A stretch of DNA of 64,000 bases from Podospora anserina (lineage: Eukaryota): positions 3,472,001 to 3,536,000 of the forward strand of contig CM030334.1 of the NCBI GenBank assembly GCA_017654855.1, in the 5' to 3' direction. Shown here one piece after another: positions 14,222 through 27,312 of this stretch (its first letter is position 1; the number at the start of each line of letters is the position of its first letter). A model generated the notes under the pieces. It saw only the letters and a list, made by a program, of their open reading frames with translations. It did not search any database and was not told the origin of the DNA. A program made the translations under genes and the position numbers.

Positions 14222-15688
14222 ATGGCCACACCTGCCCTCCGAAATGCCTGGCGCATACGCTCCATATTATCAACGAGGCACGCTCGGCCAATAACCACCA
14301 AAGCAATCTCCCAAAAGTTCCAAATCTACACCTCCAGCTCAGCCAACCCATACCTCAACCTCTCCATCGAGCACCACCTCCTCGAAAAGTCCGACCCCGA
14401 CTCGACCGTCCTCTTCCTCTACACAAACGACCCATGCGTGGTCATTGGCCGCAACCAAAACCCCTGGACCGAAGTCAACCTTCCACAACTAGCACAGACA
14501 AGAATAAAATTCGGCCAGCTCAAGCACCACCTCGTCCGCCGGCGCTCAGGAGGGGGAACCGTCGTCCATGATCACGGCAACGCGAACTGGTCCGTCATCT
14601 GCCCCAAGGATGTCTTCGATAGGGATAAGCACGCGCTCATGGTGGTGGAAGCGCTGAAGAATATGGGAATAAAGGGTGTCAAGGTCAACGAAAGACATGA
14701 TATTGTTCAGGAAGCGCAAGATGCCGAAGGACCCGAGCCTGCACCGTCGACATACAAAATCTCGGGTTCAGCGTACAAATTGACGGGCAAGCGCGCGTTG
14801 CACCATGGTACATTACTTCTCAACTCTGACTTGAGCGATATCTCGGGGTTGTTGCGCAGCCCAGCAGCACCATATATCGCCGCCCAGGGCGTGGAAAGTG
14901 TCCGGAGCCCAGTCTGCAACGTGGGAGTGGAGGATAATACCGACTTCTACAAGGCCGTTATCGACCAGTTCATGACCATGTATCCGGATAGCCAGTCGGC
15001 TGAGGTGAAAGAGGTGGAACAGCAAGAGGCGCTGAACCATGACAATATTTGGAAAGGGGTTCAAGAGCTACTGGTCCGTTCTCCCCCCTACCTTCCCCTA
15101 CGCCAAATACTAACATCACCATCAGTCCCCAAAATGGCTCTGGGAATCCACCCCTAAATTCCGCCTCGCCTCCCACCCAACACCCGAAGACCCCCGACCA
15201 CGTCCCCACCCTCCATCAAACGTAAGCCCAACCCTTTTTTGTTCCCTCTACCACCGGTAACCTAACCCCCCTTCTAGTTCTTCCTCACTCTCACAGCCCG
15301 CCACTCAGAAATCCTCGACCTCCAAACCGACTCCCCCCTCTTCCGCTCCGAGGACCACACCGCCTCGCTCAACTTTTTGTTGAAGCAAAAAATCCACGAA
15401 GTCCCCAAGTACTGCGACCTCCGCGAGTGGAAACACTACATCAACTTCCGCATCGAGAACGGCAAGTCGCTGACCCTCCGCAACGAGAGCGTGGGGAGCA
15501 TATGCAAGTGGTTGTTGGGGGACGATATGTTGGCGACGGGACCGATAAGGGGGATCAACAAGAGTTTAAAGACGAAGCTCAAGGAGCTGAAGCATTGCAG
15601 GGATGGGGGCAAGCCTTTGGTCTTGGACCATGCTGCGTTTATGTTTGGCAAGCCCGAGTACGGATGGTATGTGGTAGATAAGCAATAA
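14222..15688 (+). CDS. Lipoate-protein ligase A-like (LplA/Aim22), probably mitochondrial; spliced near 3' end
   Basis: NPYLNLSIEH, VVIGRNQNPW, RRRSGGGTV.HD.GN, KISGSAYK, HHGTLL motifs; basic N-terminal presequence. Confidence 0.9.
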
Positions 15689-15750
15689 CATCAGAAAAAA
15701 AAACATCCGATCCCAAAAAAACAACATGATCATTATCATACCCTCCCCAT

Positions 15751-18700
15751 CTACTCTCCCCCAGCCCCCATCACCCCCCTTCCAAACCATTCCGCCACCG
15801 TCTTGAACCGATCCTCACTCCCCTCCAAATCAGCCCTAAACAACTCATGCCTCTCACTATTCTCTTCCTGGCTCTTCTTCAACGCCCTGATCGTCGCATT
15901 ATCCACCACGCAGATCGGACACTCCCCCACATTATCATCCCCCTCCCCTCCCCCCGTAACCCGCAAACATCTCCTGTGAAAACTATGCTTGCACAAAAAG
16001 TGCACCACCGGCAGCTCCAACCCCCCACCGCACTGCCCACACCTCGTAGCCTGAAACACGGCCGGCTTCCCGCCCAGATCAGCAATCTCCTGCCTCCTCG
16101 CCATCGTCTCCGTCCTGAACTGGCTGACCACCCGTTTATTTTCTTGAATGTCCAACCGCTCAGCCTCTATCCTCTTGGCCAGGTAGGGCTTGATCATCCC
16201 CATGCTCGCGACACTGTTCTTCGACAGTGTCTGCACCACCTGCAGCGGGGCCATCAAACCCCCCTTATCAATCCTATCCAGCACAGCCGCCAGCTCATCC
16301 GGCCCTGCTTCGTCAAGAATCTTCGCGTCAGACGTCAGATACGACAACGCCGCGGGATAGAGTTGCGGTTCTTCCGGCCCGTATTTAGCCAGCGCCTTGA
16401 TCGCCCCCTTGGTGTCCTTTGCTGATGTATAAGAGCGAAAAATGTCAAACAGCAGACCCGACTGCTCCTTCACCAGCGTGGTTCCATCCCTAAAGTTGGA
16501 AAGGTGAGAGAGCAAAAGGACGTTGGAGTTTTCAATCTGGGGTTTCTCTTGCGTTGCTGGTAGGGATTTGTCGGCTTCGATCAGGGACTTGGCCTTGGCC
16601 TCCCACTTCTCGCGGTGGGCGTCGGATTTCTTTTCGTTGGATTTGTGGAGGTACATCTCAAACAGGGTGGTGTAAATGTCCGTCTTGTCTTCTTTTGACA
16701 GGGCGTCATCTTGGAGGCAGGCTTCGAGAAAGACGATGAACTCGTCTGGGTGGTCGATAAAGGATGAAAAGGCCGTTCGTGGTTTGGGAGGGGTGTACTT
16801 GATGGCGATGGCCTCTTGCTTGAGGGACATGTCGCCCACTGTTGGCTTTGCATTGGCATTGTTATTGCTTGCTAGCACCGCCGTGTTCATGTACGGCAGT
16901 GGTAGCAAACTGCTGAGGTTGGAAACGGCATTGGCCGCTCCCGCTGCAAACCCTCCGTTTGTCGTTACAGGGGCGGCCTCGGCTGTGATGGGGGCATCCA
17001 CTCGTGGCTTATACTTGCCGGTGTGATAGTCGATGAAGAGCTGCGTAGCATCCGATGGGCAGTGTTCGATCAGAACACGGGCATACTTCATCAGACAGGG
17101 GTGTGCTGTCTCTGGATCCAGATGCCAGATGAAATCCAGCGCCTCATTGTAGGCATGAGAATCCTCGATGAGGATATCCACCACGAGATCATGCTCCCCG
17201 TGCTTCTTGGCAAGATATGCTGCTTGCTCGTAGTAGCCACCCTGCCGGCACATCGAGATAGCTGTATCAAGGTCAAACTTGAGATCCCCTTCAGACTTGA
17301 TGAACTTTTCCAGCTTGTCAATATCCTTCAGCTTGGCGTAACAGTTCAGCAACAGAGTTGTGTGATCTGATGTCGCCCTGTGATGCTCATGCAACTCCTC
17401 CAGATACTCGATCAAGTTGTGTATCCTCTGCGTGTCGAGGAACTTTCTGATGACCTGTGATGGCTCTGTGCTGTCTACGGCCTTGATGTACTGCGTCATG
17501 GCCTCGTCGTAATTGCCCTTTTGGTAAAGGTAATCCCCATATTTCCGGTAAATGATATTCTGTTGCTGAGCGTCCATCCCACACTTTTGAGCAAGGTCCA
17601 AGGCAAGGGTATAGAGATTGCGCTGATAGAGCATGTCCAACCGTTGCTGCAGTGTCTTTTCATGATACCGGAAGATCTGTTCATCGTCACATTAGCCATC
17701 ATCCTCTCTTACTTCCCAAGAGCAACAAACCTTTCCATCCAGCGTCAGCATATACAAATCCGCCCACAACGCAAAAATATGCTTCACATCCGCCAACACC
17801 GTCTCACTGTGCGCAATAATCCTCAGCTCCGGATGTATCAACGTAAAAGTATAAATACTATCCGCCGCACCTCCCCAAAACCTCCTCCTCGTCGTATCCG
17901 CCTCCCCCGCCGGCGTCGGCGGCGACACCACCGCAACATAATCCCCATACACGGCAACCAGCTTCTTCGCCCCCTCATACGCCGTCGGCGGCCCCCTCCC
18001 CTCCAGCGTGTAATAATACACGGCATCCTCCCTCGCCACCACAATCTCCCCCGTCCTCCTATCAACAACCATACAACCCACCCCACACCCCTCATCCTCC
18101 ACCGTTTTAGGGGGTTGCCCATGCCCCTTCCCACTGATCACCACTTTCAACACCCTCGCCGTCGTAGCCACAAACAGCGTCGTCAACCCCACCCCACCAT
18201 CAACATGCATCTCCACCCCCGTAATCGGCTCATCACTCTCATAAATCACCCTCTGCTTCGTCCCCAAATCATGAACCAAATCCCCCCTCACCACCACCAC
18301 CGCCCCATTCGCAAACCCAACCGCCAACTGCGTCAGATCATCCGTCGCCGTAAACGCCGAAATGGGAAAAGGCCTCTTTCCGTTATTCACGACAACACTA
18401 CTCAGCAACCCGGGGTTCCCATCCTTTTTATTAACCTTATCCAAACTCCACACCCTCACCACCGGCTGCCCCGGCTCCAGATCCTCCCCCACGCCCCCCT
18501 CCCCAATCGTAACCAGCAAACTCGTCCCTTCCACCTGCCGCATGTGCGTGACCGAGGAGCCATTGTCGTAGGCGGTGAACTCCCTCAAGATCTTGAAGTT
18601 GGGCCCGATGATCCGCACCGTGCCGTCGAAGCCGCCTAGGAACAAGGATTCCGACCCGGAGCAGACAGAGGCGATGGACTGGGAGAAGTGGGAAGGGTTG

Positions 18701-18858
18701 TCGAAGAAGGAGCGGGAGGTCGGGTCCGAGGGGGTGATGGGGGTCGACTCGAAGAAGTCAAAGGAGCGCCACTAATTGACAGACAGACATCGTGTTAGTC
18801 GTCGCTGGGACAGATGCAAGAGAGCATGGGAAAGGGAACGACAAACCGTTAGCGCCAT
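15751..18858 (-). CDS. vps11: Vacuolar protein sorting 11 (HOPS/CORVET subunit); spliced
   Basis: MALT|WRSFDFF start, beta-propeller region, clathrin-repeat region (YGDYLYQKGNYDEAMTQYI, HTTLLLNCYAKLKD) and C-terminal RING (CGQC..VHFLCKHSFHRRC..CPIC). Confidence 0.95.
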
Positions 18859-19203
18859 GGTGGCATCTTTCAGCTTTTGCGCTGCTGTATGAGGTCAACT
18901 TGGAGCGGTGAAGAGAAAAAAAGGAAGGGCGCAAAGTAGAGAATATGTCTACGAATGCGCTCCAGTTGTTGATGTGCGGCCTGGAGAGCTTGTGACGCCT
19001 GTTTGGGGACCTTGTTGGGGTTGGAGCTCGAAGCTCCCCACACATGGCCTTGGCAATTGATTAGATAACCATTATCTCAAAATAACCCTAACCCAGTAAG
19101 GCAGCTCAGTAACAAGCCAACCCCAGAAAGCTACCAAAAATGAAAAGATCCTCGATGGAGGCCCGCAAAAGAGTTGAATTGTGAAAAAAAAATGCAAAAG
19201 AGT

Positions 19204-19275
19204 TAGCTGCGACTCGTTTCGATCGAGTGACCTCCGGGTTATGAGCCCGGCGCGCTTCCGCTGCGCCACGCAGCT
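19204..19275 (-). tRNA. Initiator tRNA-Met (CAT)
   Basis: Reverse complement AGCTGCGTGGCGCAGCGGAAGCGCGCCGGGCTCATAACCCGGAGGTCACTCGATCGAAACGAGTCGCAGCTA: A1-U72 pair, CAT anticodon, GATCGAAA T-loop of eukaryotic initiator tRNA. Confidence 0.96.
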
Positions 19276-19419
19276 TGTTGAGCTGTTGTTGTTGAATATT
19301 AGGGTCCGAAACGGCCTCTACAAAGGTGGGTTGCTCCAAGTGTGACTCATTCCATCTTATCCCATTTTGCCAAAAGAATCACCACACCCTTACTATTGTG
19401 CTACTACACAGTTACGCTC

Positions 19420-22260
19420 TCAGGTCTGATTCGCCCTTCCCACACTGTCCTTCCACTTCCGGATATCACACAACAGCCGTTTCTTCCCATTCTTTTCCCT
19501 GGCCATGCCGAAAGACCCGACACTGCTGCTCGGCCCGAGATGCACCAGAGGCACCATCGACGGCCTGCCGTGGGCACATTGGAACGGGAAGGCGCATGTA
19601 GCCAGTTTCTGCACAAGCTGAAAGCATTGCTCCTTGGTCAGGACGTCATTGAACATGATACTGCCTGAAAGTACCGGTTAGCTTCAGCCTTTGTCACTAG
19701 TAGCCTACCAAGGCGAACTTACTTCGGCAAGCCCTGGAGTGGATCAACTCAATGATTCCCTCTGGACAGTTGTGGAACCTGGAGAACCACTGATGATCGG
19801 CCTCGTCACCGATCGGGAGCCGTGGCACGATGCCAGCCTGTTTGCTGGGGTTTTCATGCAGCTTCCAGATCTCATTCCGGAGCAGTTCAACAAGAAGCCT
19901 GGGTTCAAGACGGCACCGTTCCACTATACTGGGCGGCAAGGCCTGAACCTCCACCGTGACCCTCGATGCCTGGTCTTGGGTTGTCACGTCGTAGATAACA
20001 CCCCAATAAGCAAAATGCCTTTTGAACCTCACAAGCAGCTCTCCTTCTTGCCTAGACAAGTCAAAGAACAACTTCTTGTCCAAATGCGTTCTGGCCGCCA
20101 CCAAGCTCCTGCTGTCATCTGGGTTCGGCACGAAGTACTCTTTCAGCAGAGCTTCAACCCGGTAACGCTCGTCAGCGGCATGTTGGTCTATGATCACCAG
20201 CAGCGGAGAATCGACGAGATCTCTCCTGTGGACTGTTCCAGCCTGGTTGAAGACTTTCACCAACACAAACTTTTCATCCACTTGATTCACCACTTCGGCT
20301 TTTCGTAGCGTGTCTTTGGATATTCTCCCTTCCAGAGCAGTCGAAACACTGTTATTGCTGTTCTCGAGGGTAATTACCCCAAGCCCATGGCAGCCATGTT
20401 CACCTCCTTCGCAGCCAAGCGTGTCTGATTCCTGGGGTAGCCTAGGGATGGGCCGTTCCGTTGGCAGGAAAAAGGACCGGCCCCGGGTGTTTGTGCTAGG
20501 TTTCCAGTCCCTGAGCGCTGTTGAGCTTCTTCTCCGATCAAGGCTCGGCCTTTTATTGGAACCCTGTTTGGGCCTCATCGCAAAACCAGTCCGTGGATCA
20601 ATCATCGACTTGATTTTGGTAACAGGGTCAATCCAGATCATTGGCTCAGCAGATGTATCTGCGACTGGATCATGCGGCTTTTCAACTGTCTCTGAACCAT
20701 CCGAGATGGCATTGGAACAGCCGGCTAGAGACGTGCCACTCGAGGTGCGACCCATAGGCAATGAAACTGCTCTCTTGAGTTCAGTTTGTGGCTGGACGAC
20801 ATGCTTGGTTTTGGGCCATGATGAAAATGGTGATGCAGAGCGTGTCTCGGTGTCCCGTGTGGTCGACTTCCTTGAAGCCTTTGTGCGAACACTTAGTCTG
20901 GAAGCAGACCTGGCTACCGGCAGCTGCGAAGCTGATTTTCGGTTCGTCTCGAAAGCAAAATCAGAACCAGAGACCGTTCCAGTTTTGAGCTGCTTAATGG
21001 CGTGAACAGACCTTGGTCGAAACATGTGCTTCTTCAAGAACTCATATGCCATCACTTGAAGCAGGTCAACAATGATGGAGAGATTCGGCCGCCTTTCATC
21101 TAGAAAGTCATCCGCATCCATGGAACCCAACCCGTGCTCTAAAATGATCTGGAGAAAGAACATGGGCCATCGGTCCACGCCTTTTCTTGGCTTCAGCTCT
21201 TTGCGGGTGAAGCCAGCCATCTTCTGTGGACAACCGTCGTCATCAACGCCAGCTTCTTCGATGGTACCGAAGCTGGAGTTGGCAAACACGTTGTTGACTT
21301 CATCGTAGAGGAAGTTTGAGTGACCTTCGTTGAGGGATGGCTGGATGCCGAGAGCGATGAACTGCACTCTCTTCGTAGCTGCTGGTTCCAGTGACACGCA
21401 GCCCCTTACGGTAATGCCTGGAGCAGTGGCACCAATCGAGACCCACGACTTCGGATTCTCTTGGTCCAACAAGGACGCTGCAAGAAGAAGCTTGGGTGTT
21501 CGCAAAAGAACATCCCGAGCTGACAGTAAATGGTGTTTCTCGATATCAGCAAGTGGAGATGTCTGGAGAGACACTGTTCTTCGAGCAATCGAATCCTGGA
21601 GATTTACAGCCACCTCTCCTGGCCAAGCAAGCAGAAGAGCAACGGCTTCGTGGATCAGCTGGTCGAAATACCCACTTGTGCCCAATCGCTCCATTTCTGT
21701 AGCTCTCTGCTTGACGCGGACAGGCAGGTAGCCGAAAAGATCACGGACGGCAACACGAGTCCCGCTGGAAAAGCCCAATATGCGCTGCTCAGGCAGGGCT
21801 GGAACATTCCGTGTCACCACGTTGGACTTGTGTATAGTAAGCGAGTTGTGTGACCGGTAATCACGGTGATGTGACGTGACGGTCAACAAAGAGAGAGCGC
21901 CTAGAGATGCCAGGAACTCGCCATGTTTGCCGTGACAGTCTGCGGACGGCGGGTATTTTGAGGTATCTAGAGCAACGATGTTAGTTGGGCCGAACAACAA
22001 AACATTGCTTGAGCGGTGGATGACGTACAGTGCAGTTGGCCTAGTCCCCCACCCTCCCGAAAATTGGATGGAGGAATGCCAACACCGTTGTCTTCGACAG
22101 AGCAGCTTCCACGCCCATAGTCAACTGAGATGTTGATCTTCGTAGATCTGGCATCCAAAGAATTTCGAAGCAGACCACAGACGGCAGTGTTCAACGAGGT
22201 AATGATAGTGGATGATTTGATTTGAGCAACAACGTCCCTGGGCAGTTGCTGTATCGACAT
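19420..22260 (-). CDS. mlh3: MutL homolog MLH3; spliced
   Basis: GHKL ATPase start (NSLDARSTKI, VEDNGVGI), endonuclease motif DQHAADER, SRACRS and FQCAHGRPSM at the C-terminus. Confidence 0.92.
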
Positions 22261-23102
22261 GGCGGTTGTGAGCCCGACATCTCGCTACCCAGCCAGTGAG
22301 TTGTCCTGCATCCAACCTTGATCAGATGCAACACAACAGCAGAAGACTGTCCAAAAAGGGAGTCGTAAAATGGGAAAGTGAAGGTGTGGATGGACTCCCA
22401 CGTGATCACTGTGTTGTGCCAAGAGCGTTGTGGATGGGCCCCACACCATCTTGTGTCAGCACCCTGGGCCCGGCTTCGTCACTGAACCCCCTGTGGAGCG
22501 TGGAGCGTGCGGAACGACAACCGAAAGCTTGGGATGTTTCCGCTTGAGCTTCTGCTGGAGAACAACGACCCTTCTTGGCTTCTGCCATTGTTCAATACCG
22601 ACATCATCGCCCTCTTCCCGCCACCTTCCAAGCCATCCATTTCACCCGTCTCACTTACGCGCCACCTGCGAAACCACTCAGTTATCGTCTTGGGTGATCC
22701 GACAACGCCACGGCCTGTGCGACCTCTCCGTGCGGCTTTCCAAACAATTCATGAACCGCCCCATTGACAGCAACAAAAAGTAAACCTGCTCGACGCCTCG
22801 CTTTATCTTTTCCCATCCACAACGGCTGCACTCGACCAACATATCATCTGCTTCCTTTACTACCTGACGTGTACCAGATTCCAACACCCCTCCGGCAACC
22901 GCGACCAGAATCTTGACCTGCTATCCCCGATAACGACCACCTACGTGCATCCAACCTACCTGGTCCTCTCTTTGCGCAAGGCCGAAACCTTTTCCCCGCT
23001 TCTAGCGTCCCAGATACTGCGATGACGGAGACTGCGACTGCTTCTCATGGTGATTCAGACCTTCTCTTGTTTCGCTCGTTCTAGCGATAAGCAAAAGCTG
23101 AC

Positions 23103-24338
23103 ATGATGTTGGGTCGCTCAGGTCGATCAGGTCGACGACGGCCGTTCTCCACGTTGATGAAGAAACTGGCCAACCTGAAATCTTCCTCCAATGGTGAGGG
23201 TCACCGACACACAAAAGACAGCGCAAAGCTGCGCCCATCCAAGAACAACAACCCATACGCCGAGTCCGGTCGCCTTCCGCCTGCTACCACGAATAGAGAG
23301 AGCCAGTACACAGAATCCACGGATCCTAGCAGAAGATCATTCAGCATTGTGTCGGGCGATCAAAATGCTTCAGTCAGAATATCCGACGAGGGGCAACCAC
23401 CACCCACAGTGGGAGCTCGCTCCATGGCGCCAACCGTATCGACCGAGCACGACACATCACGATCAATGACGGCGACGTCGCGCGGAGTACCATCAATCAC
23501 CAACACAACCTACACCGTGAACGGCCGGCGAGGCGGCGATAGCACCTTCTCATCCCCGGCGCCTTCCGTCAGGTCCTTAACCACAACCCTTACAACAATC
23601 CAAACCGCGGCGCCAAACACGGCTGGCGGTGGCGCCCAAAACACAACCCCAGCCAGCAACGGCAACCAATCCAACTCGCACATCATTCACTTCAACCAGC
23701 CCTTTCCGACCGCCTCCCCCGCCTCCGCTATCCCCGCCCACCTCGCAACCGCCGGCGCCAATTCCACCACGGGCCACCCGACAACCTATCACACCGCCAC
23801 AGCTAACAACCTCCTCACCGACAACGCTTCCATCCTCACACTTGCCTCCTCCTCCAAGCGCGGCCGCCGCCGTTCATTCGACACAGACGCCTCGGTGCGG
23901 GCGCTGGCTCCTTCGTCTCTGTGGGGAGGAAGCAGGGAATCCCTGCCATTGAGCGTGCTAAGCGCCAACTTGGAAAATCCCGGCATCCCCACCACCCCGG
24001 GGCTCCACAGGACGGGGACCGGTGGGGTCGGAGGTGAGCGGGCGAGCATCTACAGTGCCACGACGGGGAATTTCGGGGTGAGCAGTGAGAGGAATAGCTT
24101 TTATGCGAAGCAGGGCCTTGGGAGTGTGGTTGGTGGTGATAGGGATACTGCCAGTGTGAGGAGCGGGCTGTTGGGACATGGGAGGGCGGAGAGTATCAAT
24201 GGGAGTATTGGGTTTGGGAGGGGGGATAGTGCTGTGGCCGCGGCACCGAGTCCGTTGACGAGTGCGAGGGAGGTGCAGGGGTATGTTGAGGAGGAGGGGG
24301 CAAGTGGGAGTGCTGGGGCTGGGACTACCAAGGAGTAA
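23103..24338 (+). CDS. Ser/Thr/Gly-rich hypothetical protein
   Basis: 411-aa ORF, low complexity, with structured-looking blocks STFSSPAPSVRSLTTTLTT and DTDASVRALAPSS. Confidence 0.75.
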   Translation: MMLGRSGRSGRRRPFSTLMKKLANLKSSSNGEGHRHTKDSAKLRPSKNNNPYAESGRLPPATTNRESQYTESTDPSRRSFSIVSGDQNASVRISDEGQPPPTVGARSMAPTVSTEHDTSRSMTATSRGVPSITNTTYTVNGRRGGDSTFSSPAPSVRSLTTTLTTIQTAAPNTAGGGAQNTTPASNGNQSNSHIIHFNQPFPTASPASAIPAHLATAGANSTTGHPTTYHTATANNLLTDNASILTLASSSKRGRRRSFDTDASVRALAPSSLWGGSRESLPLSVLSANLENPGIPTTPGLHRTGTGGVGGERASIYSATTGNFGVSSERNSFYAKQGLGSVVGGDRDTASVRSGLLGHGRAESINGSIGFGRGDSAVAAAPSPLTSAREVQGYVEEEGASGSAGAGTTKE

Positions 24339-24810
24339 AGGGGTCATAACATGAAAAGGGGATGGGACAACGGCTTGTGTTTCTTTGGGGGCAAGGGAGG
24401 TAGTCTGGAGTTTTTCGTTTCACGCGTTGCATTTTGTCTCGTTTCATGGCAACGAACAACAGGACAGGAAAGTGGGCGGTAATGGTGTTTTCCTTGGGTT
24501 TTTCTTTGTCGTCTCTCGGTTTGTGTTCTCTCTCAGTTTCAGTTTCAGTATCGATATCCATTCCTGGTTTTGTTTCTTTCATGACTTTTTATTAAAACAG
24601 ACAAATAGCAAGGATTGCGCAAGCATTTTTTTCTACTCGAGGGGGTTGACTTGTTTGTTTGTTACTTCATTTCTCGAGTTTATACAAAGATAAAAACCCA
24701 TGATACCCCAGCTCTGTCAAAAAAATACAATTACACAAAAACCTATTGATTTCATGAATTTGGCCCAGGGGCTGTTTGTTATATATGGTGCCAAAAGTTG
24801 GTTAGTTAGT

Positions 24811-26326
24811 TCAATAGGGCAAAGGACTCAAATCCAAGCCCCTGACCCCAAACTCGAACGAATCATTCCTCGAGTAACTCCCCGCCGTGTCCAGGTCCAG
24901 GCGTCCCCTGATGCAATCCTCAAAGTCGACGTCGGTGCAGATGAGGCCGGTGTTATCCTCCCATTGGGGACCGGAGAGGACCTCTCCAAAGGGGGAGATT
25001 ATGCTTGATCCACCCCTGGAGACCCATTCCCCTCTGCTGGAGTTTGTCAGTTTGGGAGCGGGAGGGACCATAGGCTGGGTTTGGGAGTTGGTAACGTGGG
25101 AGGGCTTTTTGCAGCAGAGCACAATCTCGTTGCCGTCTTTGTCGAAGACTGAGGTTCTGCGCTTGGAGGAGGGGGAGAGGGTGTTTACTGTTGAGGTGGT
25201 TGTGCGGGTGGGGGAGGGGGTGGCGCGGCGTGTGGTTGTGGTTGTGGTGGTGGTGGGGGTGCCGGGGGATTTTGAACGAGGGAGGGCGATTTCAAAGCCT
25301 TCTTCTGTTAGGCATGAGGCCCGGCGGTTGCTGTGGTGTTTGGGTGCGAAGGGGGAGGGGTGGTGGTCGGAGAAGATGGGGGTGTGGTCGTCGTGGGGGT
25401 TTTCGTGGTCGGTTTCTTCGGTTAGGATGGCGGAGGAGGAGTCTGGGTGGCTGTTGGGAATTTGTTGAGGGATGGAAGGAGGGGGGACGGCCATGTTGGA
25501 GGAGATGACGAAACAGCGGCCTTCGATGGCTACTGTCCTCATCAGGGATAGCCAGGTGTCTCTCCCGTCAGCGGTGGGGGCGAGGTAGAGGTTGATGTTT
25601 TGGCTGTAGAGGGATTGTCGAACCAAAGGCATGTAGTTCTCCCAGCAGATGGCTGCGCCGAGGTTGATGCGGACGCCGCGGATGGTGGTGCTTACTGCGC
25701 GGAGGGTGGCTGGGGAGCCTTGAGCCCATACCAGGCGTTCGGTGCCGGTCTGTCTGGGGCGTTAGTATTGGAAAGGAAAAGGGGGTCAAAAAGGGGTAAC
25801 TAACAGGCATGACCTTTCTGCGCTTGCCGATGATTCCTTGCTTTGGGCAAACATATACAACCGAGCAATACATGGACCCTCCAGTCTTTTCTATCAGGCC
25901 AGTGACAATGAATACTCCGGTTTCACGAGCAATTCTCTCGAGTTGTTCCCTGGTGCCATCACCCCGTTTGTTCGCAGCAGGCTCCTTGCTGTTCTCGTTC
26001 GACCCGGGGACAGCATCTCCCGGCAAGGCACGTTTGATCCATGCTTCCCCAGCACCGGCTCCATCACCAACGGTATCACCCAAGTCAACGGCGTTTTGGA
26101 AGTATCGGAGATATTCTTCTCTGCCCTCGGCTGTGCGCGAGCCAATGACACAGCCAAAGTGCGTTCCGCGAGGGTATCCTCCGATGTAAGCTTCCGGGAG
26201 CAGGAGAATGTCAATCTTTTTCGATGCGGCACGACGGGCGATCTGTTCCAGCTGAGCAATGGTTTCGGGAGTGCTAGCTTGTGTGCTGGGAGAAGCTGTG
26301 CCGAGGCGAATGGTAGCGGGCGACAT
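24811..26326 (-). CDS. Nitrilase / carbon-nitrogen hydrolase; one intron near 25750-25806
   Basis: LLPEAYIGGYPRG (Glu), GKRRKVMP (Lys), AAICWENYMP (Cys) catalytic triad; LDTAGSYSR C-terminus. Confidence 0.92.
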
Positions 26327-27312
26327 GGTGGTAGAGTGGTTGACGATATGTGAACTGTATAATGGACACAAGGTGGGAGAGTCAAAATATTACAATAGCT
26401 TGCGGCTGTTCTGTTATATTTTCGAATTGAGGTTAAGTCACGGAACTGATGGAATATCGGTATAATGCACCATGTACCCCGCCTAGAGCTCTCCATGTGA
26501 CCGCTGCATGAAACCAAAACCGTCACCGTTTGCGGGGGACGCCGGGAGGTTGGAAATACGAGGCGCAAAGAGGTCGAGAATCACTGCGCGGGTGACGTAA
26601 CAAAGAACCCCCCACGGTCCACGGGGCCCGCTCGCTTAGAATTGGAGAAATTCCATCGAAGCCCTTGTGGAAGGCAGATGGAAACCGTTTTGACATACAA
26701 CAGCCATCACATTGGCTGAAATTATCTAGAGGCGTGAAATAGGAGATCGAGATGAGGAAGCGCTCGTGACCAGACATTGATGTCTTTGAAGGTGTTGATA
26801 ACACGACTATCTTGTGTCTGGATTACTTTTTAAGACGCCAGATGGAAGCTCACGGTGGCCAATCGGCAGCTGATGGTGGGCCGAGCAATCCAGGAACTGC
26901 CGAACCGGGAAGGAGCTCACGGCTGTCATCGGGCGTGGGCCTACGGCGGGGATATATTGATTGAAGTCCACGAAGTCTAGAATCAACAATTGACGGTTGC
27001 TAGGGTAAAAGAAAATGCCAAACTTGAGGACAATACTATATAGCGATGAGAGCACATCCAAGCAACAGCTCTGATCCATCATCCCAGTGCTGAAAGAAAC
27101 CCTTACCCACCGGGTAGCTTAGCCGGTTCGGGTAGGCTTGAAGCTTAGTCAGCTATGGTACACATAACCCAGACCCCACTCTTTGCCAGGAGAAATTCGT
27201 GGCATTTTGAGTGGATGGGGGCTAGCGCCGTCTATCCGTCAACCCGATCATAACGACGCGTCGGCGCGCTCCGACAGCTGCGAGAGTCTCGCCGCCAACA
27301 GCGACGACGACA

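Noticed and set aside
12510-18639. Long alternative-frame and antisense ORFs over aro2 and vps11 (e.g. 12510-13406, 17521-18639)
   Set aside because: Shadow ORFs caused by GC-rich codon bias of the real genes.
19343-19349. Second TGACTCA motif
   Set aside because: It lies between the mlh3 3' end and a tRNA gene, with no plausible amino-acid biosynthesis target.
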